64,000 nt of DNA from Bacteroidota bacterium (GCA_011050615.1 DRFJ01000052.1:11573-75572), one strand, 5' to 3'; positions 9,558-19,390 are shown, counted from the first letter of the stretch. A program made the numbers and translations. Notes: a model not told the origin generated them from the letters alone.

Positions 9558-10425
9558 ACCTGTCCAGTATTTCACTCATATAGTCATAAGCCAATTCTGT
9601 ATGATTTTCATTCAGCCCTGAAATGAGTATAACAATTCCTTCTTCCCAGGCCAGGTAAACAAAGCCGTTATATCCATCTTCAAAATGGAATTTTTCTCCC
9701 GGTTCGTCTCCTGCAGAAAGGCCATACTTTGAGAGATATGCTTCCAGCATTTGCCTGTTTTCATCACTGGTATTTTCAGTGAACAGATAAATTGTGAACC
9801 TTTTATCATCAATTTTATAGGTCGATCTGAAGGCCTTGCCGAGGAATTCATGTCCAAGGACATTTTCCGCTATATACATTTCTGTATTCTCCTGTTTACC
9901 CTTCTCGGGGAACATTGACAGTGCAGGAGGAAATTCAATTGTACCCTCAAGCATATCTTCAGTGATATATGCCAGTTCTTCTAGTGCTTCCAGTATTTTC
10001 CTATTACCGGAATGGCTGGTAAGCTTTACATAATATTCTCCCTTGAGAAAATGTATAAGACCTTTCTCCCTGTAAGCCTGGGTGCCAAGTTTAAAAAAGT
10101 CATATGAAGGTGCCCTTTCCAAGGCGTATATACCAAAGGCTAGATTTACACTTGCATGATGATAGATTTCAAGCTTGACCGTGTGCTTTTTGCCTCGCTT
10201 ATATTCTGCAATATGCAGATCCCTGAAGCCAAGAGCATTATAAGCGTCAGCCCCTCCATTAATATAATTCCATAGATTATCAGGTGTGTATACCGGATAG
10301 CTGGTAACAATCTCAAACCTGTTCAACTCAGGAAAATCAAAATCCTGGCCGGACGCCAGTGACCACTGTAATAAAGCCAGAAACAAGAGGGAAACAGTGC
10401 CCCTCCATACATTTTTACAATTCAT
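9550..10425 (-). CDS. secreted protein of unknown function (possibly DUF6599-like)
   Basis: Signal peptide '...LLQWSLASGQ'. The long ORF has consistent coding character. It is translationally coupled to the NSS gene. The family name is a recollection only. Confidence 0.6.
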   Translation of the reverse strand: MNCKNVWRGTVSLLFLALLQWSLASGQDFDFPELNRFEIVTSYPVYTPDNLWNYINGGADAYNALGFRDLHIAEYKRGKKHTVKLEIYHHASVNLAFGIYALERAPSYDFFKLGTQAYREKGLIHFLKGEYYVKLTSHSGNRKILEALEELAYITEDMLEGTIEFPPALSMFPEKGKQENTEMYIAENVLGHEFLGKAFRSTYKIDDKRFTIYLFTENTSDENRQMLEAYLSKYGLSAGDEPGEKFHFEDGYNGFVYLAWEEGIVILISGLNENHTELAYDYMSEILDRYE

Positions 10426-10438
10426 ATTTTAAAAAATA

Positions 10439-11638
10439 TCAGGTAATAAAATCAACCGGCACATTTACCAATCGGCTGATATCAGTAATTTTTGATCTTA
10501 TGTCAAATTGTTTTGTACAATTATCGATGGTGCACTCGCTGCAGCCTGCACAGGGATCGGGTCCTGTTCCCAGCTCTGACAGAAGGCTATATGCCTTTTC
10601 CATGTTCACATAGCCGTATGCATACATATAAGCCCTCATCAGGTCAGGTACCGGCAATGATCCGGTACATTTTTCAAGGCAGTTATTACAGCTTGTACAA
10701 AAGAGACCCGGCTCCCCGGATGCTATCAGTATCTTCTTCATCTCATCGTCTGTCATGTTAATATCTGTCAGTACTTTAAGGTCTTCTTCCAGCATATCAA
10801 AAGAGGTCATTCCCGGTATGGTAGTGCAAATATTTTCATTCTGCAGTGCCCATTTAAGTGCTGCAACAGCATCTATCGGCTTTGTTCGTTCCCTGTCCAG
10901 GAATCCTCCCGACATTGTTTTCATTGCCACCACTCCTATACCTGATTCAGCAGCTCTTTTTATTGATTCTTCCAGTTTATCAAGATAACTGAGCGTGAAA
11001 TTATAGCGGCTAAGAACCACGTCCCAGAATCCGGCCTTAACCATCGCATCTATCACTTCAGGTTCATTGGTATGGGTTGATATCCCAATATATTTAACCC
11101 TTCCTTCTTTTTTCAGGTTCTTCATTGCCCGAGTGATCTCCCTGTGATTTACCATTTCAACAGAAGATACGGAATGCAGGTACAATATGTCAACATAATC
11201 CATCTGCAGTCTCTGCATGCTTTCCTCAAACTTCATCAGAAAGTCCTCAGCCGTGGTGGCATCGCCTGGCAATCCGGTCCGTTGATCTACACCTTCTGGC
11301 TTTACTTTTGTAGCTACAATAATTGAGCTTCGATCGTAATCCCTGAATACATCCCCGAGCATCTTCTCGTTCCTGCCTCTCTGGTAGCCGTTAGCAGTAT
11401 CAAAATGAATAATACCATTATCAAGGCAGGCTCTCACCAGGCTTGGGTTATCTGCCCTCATCACTCCCATACTCACCACAGGTAACCTGATACCTGTTTT
11501 CCCCAGTGTGCGGTAAATAATATCAGAAGGCCCTTTACTTGAGGGAAACATAGCAAAGGCCCCGCCTGTGGAAGCCATTATGGATGCTGCACCTGCAGCC
11601 CCTGTGCGAAGGAAATTCCTACGGTTAATCTTAGTCAT
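10439..11638 (-). CDS. TAT-exported aldo/keto reductase with C-terminal Cys-rich (Fe-S-like) domain
   Basis: Twin-arginine leader 'NRRNFLRTGAAGAAS'. AKR core ('FDTANGY...', 'YIGISTH'). C-terminal clusters 'CTSCNNCLEKC' and 'CAGCSECTIDNC'. Confidence 0.8.
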   Translation of the reverse strand: MTKINRRNFLRTGAAGAASIMASTGGAFAMFPSSKGPSDIIYRTLGKTGIRLPVVSMGVMRADNPSLVRACLDNGIIHFDTANGYQRGRNEKMLGDVFRDYDRSSIIVATKVKPEGVDQRTGLPGDATTAEDFLMKFEESMQRLQMDYVDILYLHSVSSVEMVNHREITRAMKNLKKEGRVKYIGISTHTNEPEVIDAMVKAGFWDVVLSRYNFTLSYLDKLEESIKRAAESGIGVVAMKTMSGGFLDRERTKPIDAVAALKWALQNENICTTIPGMTSFDMLEEDLKVLTDINMTDDEMKKILIASGEPGLFCTSCNNCLEKCTGSLPVPDLMRAYMYAYGYVNMEKAYSLLSELGTGPDPCAGCSECTIDNCTKQFDIRSKITDISRLVNVPVDFIT

Positions 11639-11649
11639 AGTATTACTTT

Positions 11650-12393
11650 TTATTGTAATTTTCTTATTCTCACATCTATCCCCGTTCCGTCAAGCAACTT
11701 CACCAGTTCACCGGTGTCACTTGAACCGAAATGATAGGGATAAAGAATACCGGGCATTATCATTAAAGCCGCATCTGCCGCCATTTGCGGAGACATTGTG
11801 TAGGGAAGGCTCATCGGCAGGAAGGCAATATCTATATCTCTGAAACCTTTCATTTCAGGTATGTTTTCAGTATCACCGGCAACGTATATTCTTTTTCCTC
11901 CAAGATCCAGGATATAGCCATTCCCCCTCCCCCTGGGATGAAAAGGATTTCCCGGGGACCGTTCATTCTTAATATTATAGGCAGGAACTGCCTCGATGTT
12001 AATTCCCTTGAAAAGGGTCTTATCACCGTTAGCCATTACCAGGCAATTACCCAGGCCCGGGGAAGAAGCTTCATTGCATATGATCTGTGTGTCGTCTTTA
12101 AGTATCTTTTTTATGGCGGCCTGATCTAGATGGTCGCCATGTTCATGTGTGATAAGAATAAGATCAGCATCGGGTAGTGTTGAATAATCAGCTTCACGGC
12201 TTACAGGATCAATATGTATTATCAGGTCGTTATATTCAAACATCAGGGTTCCATGACCTATAAACCACAATTCAAGGGCACCTCCCCCAGTTTCGAAGCT
12301 ATCCTTCTCAATATCTTGTTGTCCGTAACTCATATTAACCATAAATAAAAAACCAGTAATAAAAATCAATAATTTGTGCGCTCGCATAGACAA
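11650..12393 (-). CDS. secreted MBL-fold metallo-hydrolase
   Basis: Signal peptide. Metallo-beta-lactamase motif 'LILITHEHGDHLD'. It lies 11 nt upstream of the AKR gene. Confidence 0.82.
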   Translation of the reverse strand: MSMRAHKLLIFITGFLFMVNMSYGQQDIEKDSFETGGGALELWFIGHGTLMFEYNDLIIHIDPVSREADYSTLPDADLILITHEHGDHLDQAAIKKILKDDTQIICNEASSPGLGNCLVMANGDKTLFKGINIEAVPAYNIKNERSPGNPFHPRGRGNGYILDLGGKRIYVAGDTENIPEMKGFRDIDIAFLPMSLPYTMSPQMAADAALMIMPGILYPYHFGSSDTGELVKLLDGTGIDVRIRKLQ

Positions 12394-12482
12394 TCTATTT
12401 TTGTTCCCATAATTATAGTAAAAAATTATTATAACTCAGCTACGGGAGGTGGATCACTTTCGTCATTTAACAAAATTTAAGG

Positions 12483-12490
12483 TAATTTTG
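12483..12490 (+). promoter_or_regulatory. Bacteroidota -7 promoter element TAnnTTTG (TAATTTTG)
   Basis: Exact consensus match, 14 nt before the ATG at 12505, implying a very short leader. Confidence 0.35.
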
Positions 12491-12504
12491 TAACTTAAAT
12501 TTAA

Positions 12505-13176
12505 ATGGATGTGAAAGGACTGTTTATGCTGATAGATCAGGGCGAGAGCCAGGTACTTGATTTCAAGTACTGTATATCTGATTCCAGGAAGATTGCGAAA
12601 ACTCTGGCAGCTTTTGCAAACACTGATGGCGGGAAATTGCTGATTGGTGTCCGCGATAATGGCAGTATTGCAGGAGTACAGAGCGAAGAGGAATTTTATA
12701 TGATAGATGCAGCAGCCAGCCTTTTCTGTAAACCTGCAGTTAAATACAATATTATACAGCACCATTCCGAAGGCAAAACAGTTCTTGAGGTAAAAATTGA
12801 AAAGTCAGATAACAGGCCTGTATATGCAAAAGATGATACAGGAAAATGGATAGCCTACCTGAGGAAAGATGACCAAAACCTGGCTGTTAACAGGGTCATC
12901 CTTAAGGTATGGAAAAATGAATACAGGAAAAACGGACTTTTAATTAAAGTGCGAAAAGCAGAAAGCCTCCTGTTCGAATATCTTCACCAGAATAATTCAA
13001 TAAGCCTTTCCAAATTCAGAAGAATTTCCAGACTACCACTGCATAAGGCTGAAAACATACTTTCGGATCTTATTACATGCGGAATTCTGGATTTTGACCT
13101 ATCCGAAAAAGGGTGCAGTTATCATGCCAGTGAAAAACTTGACGAGCAGCTACCGGATAGCTATTTAAGTTACTGA
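12505..13176 (+). CDS. AlbA_2 (Schlafen-like) domain protein with C-terminal winged-helix-like region
   Basis: 'ESQVLDFKYCISDSRKIAKTLAAFANTDGGKLLIGVRDNGSIAGV' is the typical AlbA_2 'putative DNA-binding' core. Confidence 0.7.
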   Translation: MDVKGLFMLIDQGESQVLDFKYCISDSRKIAKTLAAFANTDGGKLLIGVRDNGSIAGVQSEEEFYMIDAAASLFCKPAVKYNIIQHHSEGKTVLEVKIEKSDNRPVYAKDDTGKWIAYLRKDDQNLAVNRVILKVWKNEYRKNGLLIKVRKAESLLFEYLHQNNSISLSKFRRISRLPLHKAENILSDLITCGILDFDLSEKGCSYHASEKLDEQLPDSYLSY

Positions 13177-13227
13177 ATCATACCCCTGTCTGCCAGTAAT
13201 AAACTTGGAATTAAACCTTTTTTTTGT

Positions 13228-13235
13228 TACCTTTG
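13228..13235 (+). promoter_or_regulatory. Bacteroidota -7 promoter element TAnnTTTG (TACCTTTG)
   Basis: Exact consensus match, 71 nt upstream of the ATG at 13306. Confidence 0.35.
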
Positions 13236-13305
13236 TATTACATTATTGAAAATCTCAAAGAATTGATTTTCAATTCTTTAAATATCCCAAAATCAGTTTA
13301 TAGAT

Positions 13306-15498
13306 ATGAATTTGCTCGAAAAAATAGAAAAAATTAACATTCCACCAAGATCAGTCATATTGCTTAATGAATTAATGAAAGAGAATCCTGAACTTGAGAA
13401 GCTTATAAGTAATTCAGGATCGGCGGCGGAAGCAAACAGGGCTGTATATGACTGGGTTTATGGATGGCTTAACAGTGAAGAGCACAAGGATGCAATAAGG
13501 TACTTTAAATATGAGATCAGGGGAAGAAAAGCCTACGAAGCGCTCAGCTGGAGAGAAGTTGGAGCAATAAGATTGCTTGATTACATAAAAAATTCAGAAC
13601 GGGAATTTGAAAACCTGAATAAGAAAATACAAATATCGGTGTCTGACCCTATCAGATTAATATGGTTAGCCTACCATTCGGGTAAGGGTGGAGCCAAACC
13701 AGAATTTTTTTATGATATGATTCATCTGTTCCGGCAATTTACAGGTTCTGAAAAAAGAGAAAAACCAGGACGCGAAAAAGTTCTCCGGTGGATGTCAAGG
13801 CACTATTCAGGCCTGGATGAGAAAATCATAAGGGTAAGGGAAGAAAACAAGGAAAGAATACTGAAAATTATTATCAGGAATATTGACGAGGGCTTAATTA
13901 CCGGTAGCAGGTATAGTTTTCCGGAAGGATTATCCGAATCTGAAAAGTATGAAATGGCTCTTGAATGGTGGGAAGACTATCGCTTCCACCTGAAATTCGC
14001 GATCAGGAGCCCCGAACTTCTTAATGAAATGCTGGACTACTCACTCGACACTGACACAATGTTCAGGCTCGAAGAAGCTAAAGAGGCGGGTATCCCCTTC
14101 TTTGTCAACCCCTATTACCTGTCCCTTCTCAATGTCAATGTTCCCGAATTTGCAAGAAATGCTGACCTCGGGATAAGAGACTATGTATTGTACAGTAAGG
14201 AATTAATAAATGAATTTGGTAACATTATCGCCTGGGAAAAGGAGGATAAGGTTCAAGCCGGAAAACCGAATGCAGCCGGTTGGCTCTTGCCGAGTGGCAA
14301 TAATATACACAGGAGATACCCGGAAGTATCCATATTGATACCCGACACCGTGGGAAGAGCCTGCGGTGGATTGTGTGTTTCATGCCAGCGGATGTATGAC
14401 TTCCAGGCAGGAAGGCTTAACTTCAACCTGGAAAAACTTAAACCAGGTGAATCATGGAAGGATAAACTCGCATGGCTCATGGAATATTTTGAGAATGACA
14501 GCCAGCTCAGAGATATACTCATTACCGGTGGAGATGCATTTATGAGCTCAGATAAATCCATTAAGGATATCCTTGATGCAGTCTATAAAATGGCCCTCAG
14601 GAAGAGAGAGAAAAACAAGAGCCTGGAAGATGGGCAGAAATATGCCGAAATGCTAAGAGTAAGGCTCGGGACACGACTTCCCGTTTATATTCCTTACCGG
14701 ATAAACGATGAACTGCTTGAGGTGCTTGTGGAATTTAAGGAGAAAGCCTCAAAAATAGGGATCAAACAATTCGTGATACAGACACACTTTGTTTCTCCAA
14801 TGGAAGTTACTCCTGCAGTAAGGGAAGCAATAAAGAAACTCAATGCGGCTGGATGGATAGTGGTTAACCAGATGGTTTATACAGCTGCGGCTTCCAGGAG
14901 AGGCTTCGCGGCCAAGTTGCGCAGGACTCTTAACAAGGTCGGAATTATCCCCTACTATACCTTTTCGGTTAAAGGCTTCATGGAGAATTACCATAATTTT
15001 GCCACCAATGAGAGGGCAATACAGGAGCAGATTGAAGAAAAGATTTTCGGAAACATTCCGGATGAGGAGCAGGATGTCATTAAAGAAATTCCTAACGATG
15101 CAGAAAACAGTGTTGCAAACCTTGAAAAAATAATGAAAAAGCATGATCTGCCTTTCCTCAGCACCGACCGGAATGTTATGAACCTGCCTGGAGTGGGCAA
15201 AAGTTTAACATTCAGAACCATAGGAATTACCAGGAGAGGCCGGCGGATTCTCGAATTCGATCATGATGCAAACAGAACTCACAGCCCTATCATCAATAAA
15301 ATGGGCAAGGTTAATATAATAGAGTCAAAGCCTGTAAAACATTATATTGACCAGATGGAAATGATGGGTGAAGATCCTGAGGAATACAAAGATGTATGGG
15401 GATATTCCATAGGTGAAACCGAACCACGTGCGGCCATTTTCGAATACCCTGAATACAATTTTGAAGTCACAAAAGATATGACAAACCTGGAGATATGA
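13306..15498 (+). CDS. KamA-family (lysine 2,3-aminomutase-like) radical SAM protein, long form
   Basis: Radical SAM CX3CX2C 'GRACGGLCVSCQRMY' near residue 350. KamA-type upstream elements 'WEDYRFHL', 'NPYYLSLL' and 'HRRYPEV'. The KamA-like core is preceded by about 215 extra residues. Confidence 0.82.
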   Translation: MNLLEKIEKINIPPRSVILLNELMKENPELEKLISNSGSAAEANRAVYDWVYGWLNSEEHKDAIRYFKYEIRGRKAYEALSWREVGAIRLLDYIKNSEREFENLNKKIQISVSDPIRLIWLAYHSGKGGAKPEFFYDMIHLFRQFTGSEKREKPGREKVLRWMSRHYSGLDEKIIRVREENKERILKIIIRNIDEGLITGSRYSFPEGLSESEKYEMALEWWEDYRFHLKFAIRSPELLNEMLDYSLDTDTMFRLEEAKEAGIPFFVNPYYLSLLNVNVPEFARNADLGIRDYVLYSKELINEFGNIIAWEKEDKVQAGKPNAAGWLLPSGNNIHRRYPEVSILIPDTVGRACGGLCVSCQRMYDFQAGRLNFNLEKLKPGESWKDKLAWLMEYFENDSQLRDILITGGDAFMSSDKSIKDILDAVYKMALRKREKNKSLEDGQKYAEMLRVRLGTRLPVYIPYRINDELLEVLVEFKEKASKIGIKQFVIQTHFVSPMEVTPAVREAIKKLNAAGWIVVNQMVYTAAASRRGFAAKLRRTLNKVGIIPYYTFSVKGFMENYHNFATNERAIQEQIEEKIFGNIPDEEQDVIKEIPNDAENSVANLEKIMKKHDLPFLSTDRNVMNLPGVGKSLTFRTIGITRRGRRILEFDHDANRTHSPIINKMGKVNIIESKPVKHYIDQMEMMGEDPEEYKDVWGYSIGETEPRAAIFEYPEYNFEVTKDMTNLEI

Positions 15499-15583
15499 GG
15501 CTGACACCTGCTTTTATTTTTAATATTGAACAAATTTGGTATCTTGTCTTCCGAATTTAGGTTAATATTTTCAAGCAGGTAAG

Positions 15584-18500
15584 TTGGGTTTTATCAGGAT
15601 CATATTTATTACGCTATTACCTGTTTTACTGGTTGTGGAAGAAGCAATAGCGCAGCCTGCATATGAAAGAGGTAAGGCTAAAGAGAATTCATCATCGCTG
15701 AGAATTATTTTAGATAATGATGAAGGCCTTGTTCTTTCATATAATGCAGGGAACGGTGAATTTGAGAAACTGAAACCCGATGAGGGAAGTTTTTTACGGC
15801 TCAGGCTGGCTGATCATTCATTCAGCGCTGAGCCGGGGAAACCACAGCTCCCTGTCCTGACCAGGTTAGTTGATTACGACAGGCTAAAGGGTGCCAGAAT
15901 AATAATCCGGGATGTTGTCAGTATTCGAAAAAGCCTCAAGGAATTCGGGGAATACGGCATCATCTACCCCAGCCAGCCAGGCCTGGCCAAGGGCGCAAAT
16001 CCCCAGGACAAACCATTTGTAATCGATAAGTCGGTTTACAATGCCGGGCATGCATATGTTAAAGACACAGTAATAATCAGAAAAATCGGGGTAATGAGAG
16101 GCAAAAGCCTTGCCAGCCTTGAAATAAATCCCGTTATCTATAATCCGGCGGATAAATACATAGACATCATAAGCTCAATGAATATTTACATAGAATATTC
16201 ACCGGTTACTGATACACGAAAGACAGCGAAAAGCTCTGACGATTATTATTTCAATGGTCTCCTCTCCATGGGCCTTATCAACTATGATGTTGACGATGTT
16301 ATTCCCGGATTTTCAATGGAGCCTGTCGGTATGGTAATAATATCGGATACTTCATTCAAAAAACATCTTAAGCCACTGGTCGAGTGGAAAACAAAAAAGG
16401 GATTCAGGGTAAGTCAGGTTTATATAGGAGAAAACGGGCTCGAAAGGAACTTCCGGGATATTAAGGACAGCCTTACTTATATTTACAATAACAGCTCACA
16501 GGAAAATCCCCCGCCCACATATCTCCTGCTGGCAGGTGACCTTAATTATATTCCGGCATCCGAGGGTACAAATTATCTTACTGATATGTATTATGCTGAA
16601 TTTGACGGTAACGGGGATTTTATTCCCGATATGTTTACAGGACGGCTTCCGGCCGGGGATACTGCCCAGATGAAGTCCATGGTAAATAAGATAATTCAGT
16701 ATGAAAGCTTCTCATTTGTTGATACTGTAACTCATTATCAGAAAGCTATGGCTTTTGCCGGCTTCGATGAAGGCTTTGATACTTTTATGGACGGACAGGT
16801 AAATTATGCCTCGGAATATTTTGATCAGAATCCCTTTCCAACCAGGGCCTATGTTTTTAACCACGAATTGAATGATTCAATCAGAAAGGTCAGGTATGAT
16901 TCCCTGAAAATCTTAATCAAAAACGGCCTCGGTTATATTAACTATACAGGGCACGGAAGCACAACAAGCTGGACCGGGACGGGGATCGATAATACTTTCC
17001 CTTCCAAGATGCAAAACTATTCAAGGTATCCCCTGGTAATCAGCAATGCCTGCCTTACTGCTAAATATAATGACAATAATTGCCTTGGTTCAAGTATGGT
17101 AAGGGCTATTGATAAAGGTGCCCTGGCCTTCATCGGCTGTACCAATGACTCCTACTGGGAAGAAGATTATTACTGGTCGGTAGGTGCAGGCCCGATTGTG
17201 AGGCACCCCAGCTATGAAGAAACCGGGCTGGCCTTCTACGACAGGCTCTTTCACCTTAATGGCGAAGCACCCTCTGACTGGTACACAACAACAGGCCAGA
17301 TATTATTCGGAGGGAACCTGGGTGTGACTGCAAGCCCGAGCCCCAGGAAACAGTATTACTGGGAAACATACGTACTGCTGGGAGATCCTTCCATTTCCCC
17401 ATATATTGGCAAACCTGAAATACTTTCAACCTCAGTCCCGGATAAGCTTCCTCCCACACTAAAAAAACTGAATGTTAATACATCGGCCTTTGCCTACCTG
17501 GGCCTGTCTCACTTTGATACACTCTGGGATGCAACACATGCAAGTCCTTCAGGAAATGCCTGCCTGGACTTACCCGAAACTGAGAAAGATTCCTGCCTGC
17601 TGATTATAAGCAGTCAGAATAAAAAGCCATTTGTCAAAACAATTTATTTTGAAGAATCGGATACTGCCTGGCTTGGTATTAATGATGTAAATGTTTCAGA
17701 TCTGTCAGGTAATGATAATGGGAAAGCAGATTACAAGGAAAATATTTCTCTTAAAACCGGTATACAGAACGCCGGTAATGCAGGCGCTGCTGATGTATAT
17801 TTAAAAATATCATCATCTTCAGAATACCTTAGCATAATAACTGATTCCCTTTATATCGGTACGGTTGAAGCCAATTCTGAAATAATTGAAACCGGCTTTG
17901 ACATCACGGTTTCGGACAGTCTGCCGGATCTTGATATAGCAACTCTTAATTTAGAGCTTCACTATAATGGCAATATTTTAAGAAGGACGGCTGATTTCAG
18001 CCTGCATGCACCTGAACTCATAATCCTGAATTGTTTAACAGACGATACATATACCGGCAATGGTAATGGACTGCCGGAAGCCGGAGAGAGGATAAAAATT
18101 ATCTTCAAAGTAAGCAATAATGGGTCAAGCTCATGCTCAGGCAGTCTTTATCTAACCGGAATTTCCGAATATATTAATTTCGACGCCACTGAACTTGCAT
18201 CGGGGCTGATCAATCCAGGAGAAGTAACGGATATTCCGGTATTCGCAGAGATAAATGAAAATACACCCGAATCGACTGAAATCAGTTTTGATGCCGAATT
18301 AATTTGCAGCCCCTATAAAACTTTGAAAACTCTGAGTATTATTTCAGGCAAATATACAGAAGACTTTGAATTGTTGAATTTTAACACCTTCCCATGGCAG
18401 AATGACAGTGAAGCCCCATGGATCATCACCGGTGAAACATCAATAAGCAATATGTTTTCAGCACGTTCAGGACATATTACGCACAATGAAAAATCAGTAC

Positions 18501-19357
18501 TTGGCATACTCCTGAATCTGCCTGAAGATGATACTTTAAAATTCTGGTACAAGGTTTCTTCTGAAGAAAACTGGGATTCCCTGACCTTTAAGGTCAATAA
18601 TAAGATACTTATAAGTGCCTCAGGAGAGGTCGACTGGACAGAAGCTGTTATACCTCTTGGGAGAGGGGTGTATAAGCTTGAGTGGATTTACGGAAAGGAT
18701 CAATCTGTAAACAATGGTTCCGATTGCGCATATATCGACCTTGTAAGATTCCCCCCACTGTCATTTGTACAATCTGCCATACACCTGAATGAGATCATTT
18801 CCCCCAGGGAGGGTACAAACTACAGTGACGAAGTTATTTCTCTGGAACTCAGCAATCTTGGTCGTGATACAATATATTCACTCTCAATGTCATATATAGT
18901 AAACAATAATCAACCGGTTAGCGAAACTTTCAATACTGAATTAAAACCGGGTGACACCCTCACCTTATCTTTCTCCCAAACATTTGATATGTCTGCAGAC
19001 AACACATATGAAATAGAAGTTTTTGTCACATCGCCGGACAACTATTTTATAAATGACACGCTCAGGCTCACCATAATAAGCACAGGCATAGATGATATAA
19101 ATCCCGGGAATGAATACTTTACAGTGGCACCCAACCCTGTCAGGGACAAAATCAGGATAATCAGCCATACGAACTCCGAAGGCAATGCCATCATGTTGTA
19201 TAACACGTCCGGAGTACTCATTTACAGGAAAGAAATTGAATTTATTTCTGCTGATGAACAGATATACATTGATCACGCAAAGCTCTTGAGAGGCAATTAT
19301 ATACTGGTAATAAGAAACAACACAAAGAGCTTTACCTACAAAATTATTAAGCTTTAA
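15584..19357 (+). CDS. peptidase C25 (gingipain-like) with T9SS C-terminal sorting domain
   Basis: Signal peptide. Catalytic-type 'INYTGHGS' (His) and 'VISNACLTAKY' (Cys). Choice-of-anchor-J/MAM-like region. C-terminal 'FTVAPNPVRDKIRIIS...YKIIKL', typical of Por/T9SS tails. The start is TTG, with no nearby in-frame ATG. Confidence 0.8.
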   Translation: MGFIRIIFITLLPVLLVVEEAIAQPAYERGKAKENSSSLRIILDNDEGLVLSYNAGNGEFEKLKPDEGSFLRLRLADHSFSAEPGKPQLPVLTRLVDYDRLKGARIIIRDVVSIRKSLKEFGEYGIIYPSQPGLAKGANPQDKPFVIDKSVYNAGHAYVKDTVIIRKIGVMRGKSLASLEINPVIYNPADKYIDIISSMNIYIEYSPVTDTRKTAKSSDDYYFNGLLSMGLINYDVDDVIPGFSMEPVGMVIISDTSFKKHLKPLVEWKTKKGFRVSQVYIGENGLERNFRDIKDSLTYIYNNSSQENPPPTYLLLAGDLNYIPASEGTNYLTDMYYAEFDGNGDFIPDMFTGRLPAGDTAQMKSMVNKIIQYESFSFVDTVTHYQKAMAFAGFDEGFDTFMDGQVNYASEYFDQNPFPTRAYVFNHELNDSIRKVRYDSLKILIKNGLGYINYTGHGSTTSWTGTGIDNTFPSKMQNYSRYPLVISNACLTAKYNDNNCLGSSMVRAIDKGALAFIGCTNDSYWEEDYYWSVGAGPIVRHPSYEETGLAFYDRLFHLNGEAPSDWYTTTGQILFGGNLGVTASPSPRKQYYWETYVLLGDPSISPYIGKPEILSTSVPDKLPPTLKKLNVNTSAFAYLGLSHFDTLWDATHASPSGNACLDLPETEKDSCLLIISSQNKKPFVKTIYFEESDTAWLGINDVNVSDLSGNDNGKADYKENISLKTGIQNAGNAGAADVYLKISSSSEYLSIITDSLYIGTVEANSEIIETGFDITVSDSLPDLDIATLNLELHYNGNILRRTADFSLHAPELIILNCLTDDTYTGNGNGLPEAGERIKIIFKVSNNGSSSCSGSLYLTGISEYINFDATELASGLINPGEVTDIPVFAEINENTPESTEISFDAELICSPYKTLKTLSIISGKYTEDFELLNFNTFPWQNDSEAPWIITGETSISNMFSARSGHITHNEKSVLGILLNLPEDDTLKFWYKVSSEENWDSLTFKVNNKILISASGEVDWTEAVIPLGRGVYKLEWIYGKDQSVNNGSDCAYIDLVRFPPLSFVQSAIHLNEIISPREGTNYSDEVISLELSNLGRDTIYSLSMSYIVNNNQPVSETFNTELKPGDTLTLSFSQTFDMSADNTYEIEVFVTSPDNYFINDTLRLTIISTGIDDINPGNEYFTVAPNPVRDKIRIISHTNSEGNAIMLYNTSGVLIYRKEIEFISADEQIYIDHAKLLRGNYILVIRNNTKSFTYKIIKL

Positions 19358-19382
19358 AACCCGGAGGAAGGATTTTACTTTA

Positions 19383-19390
19383 TAATTTTG
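19383..19390 (+). promoter_or_regulatory. Bacteroidota -7 promoter element TAnnTTTG (TAATTTTG)
   Basis: Exact consensus match, 35 nt upstream of the ATG at 19425. Confidence 0.4.
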
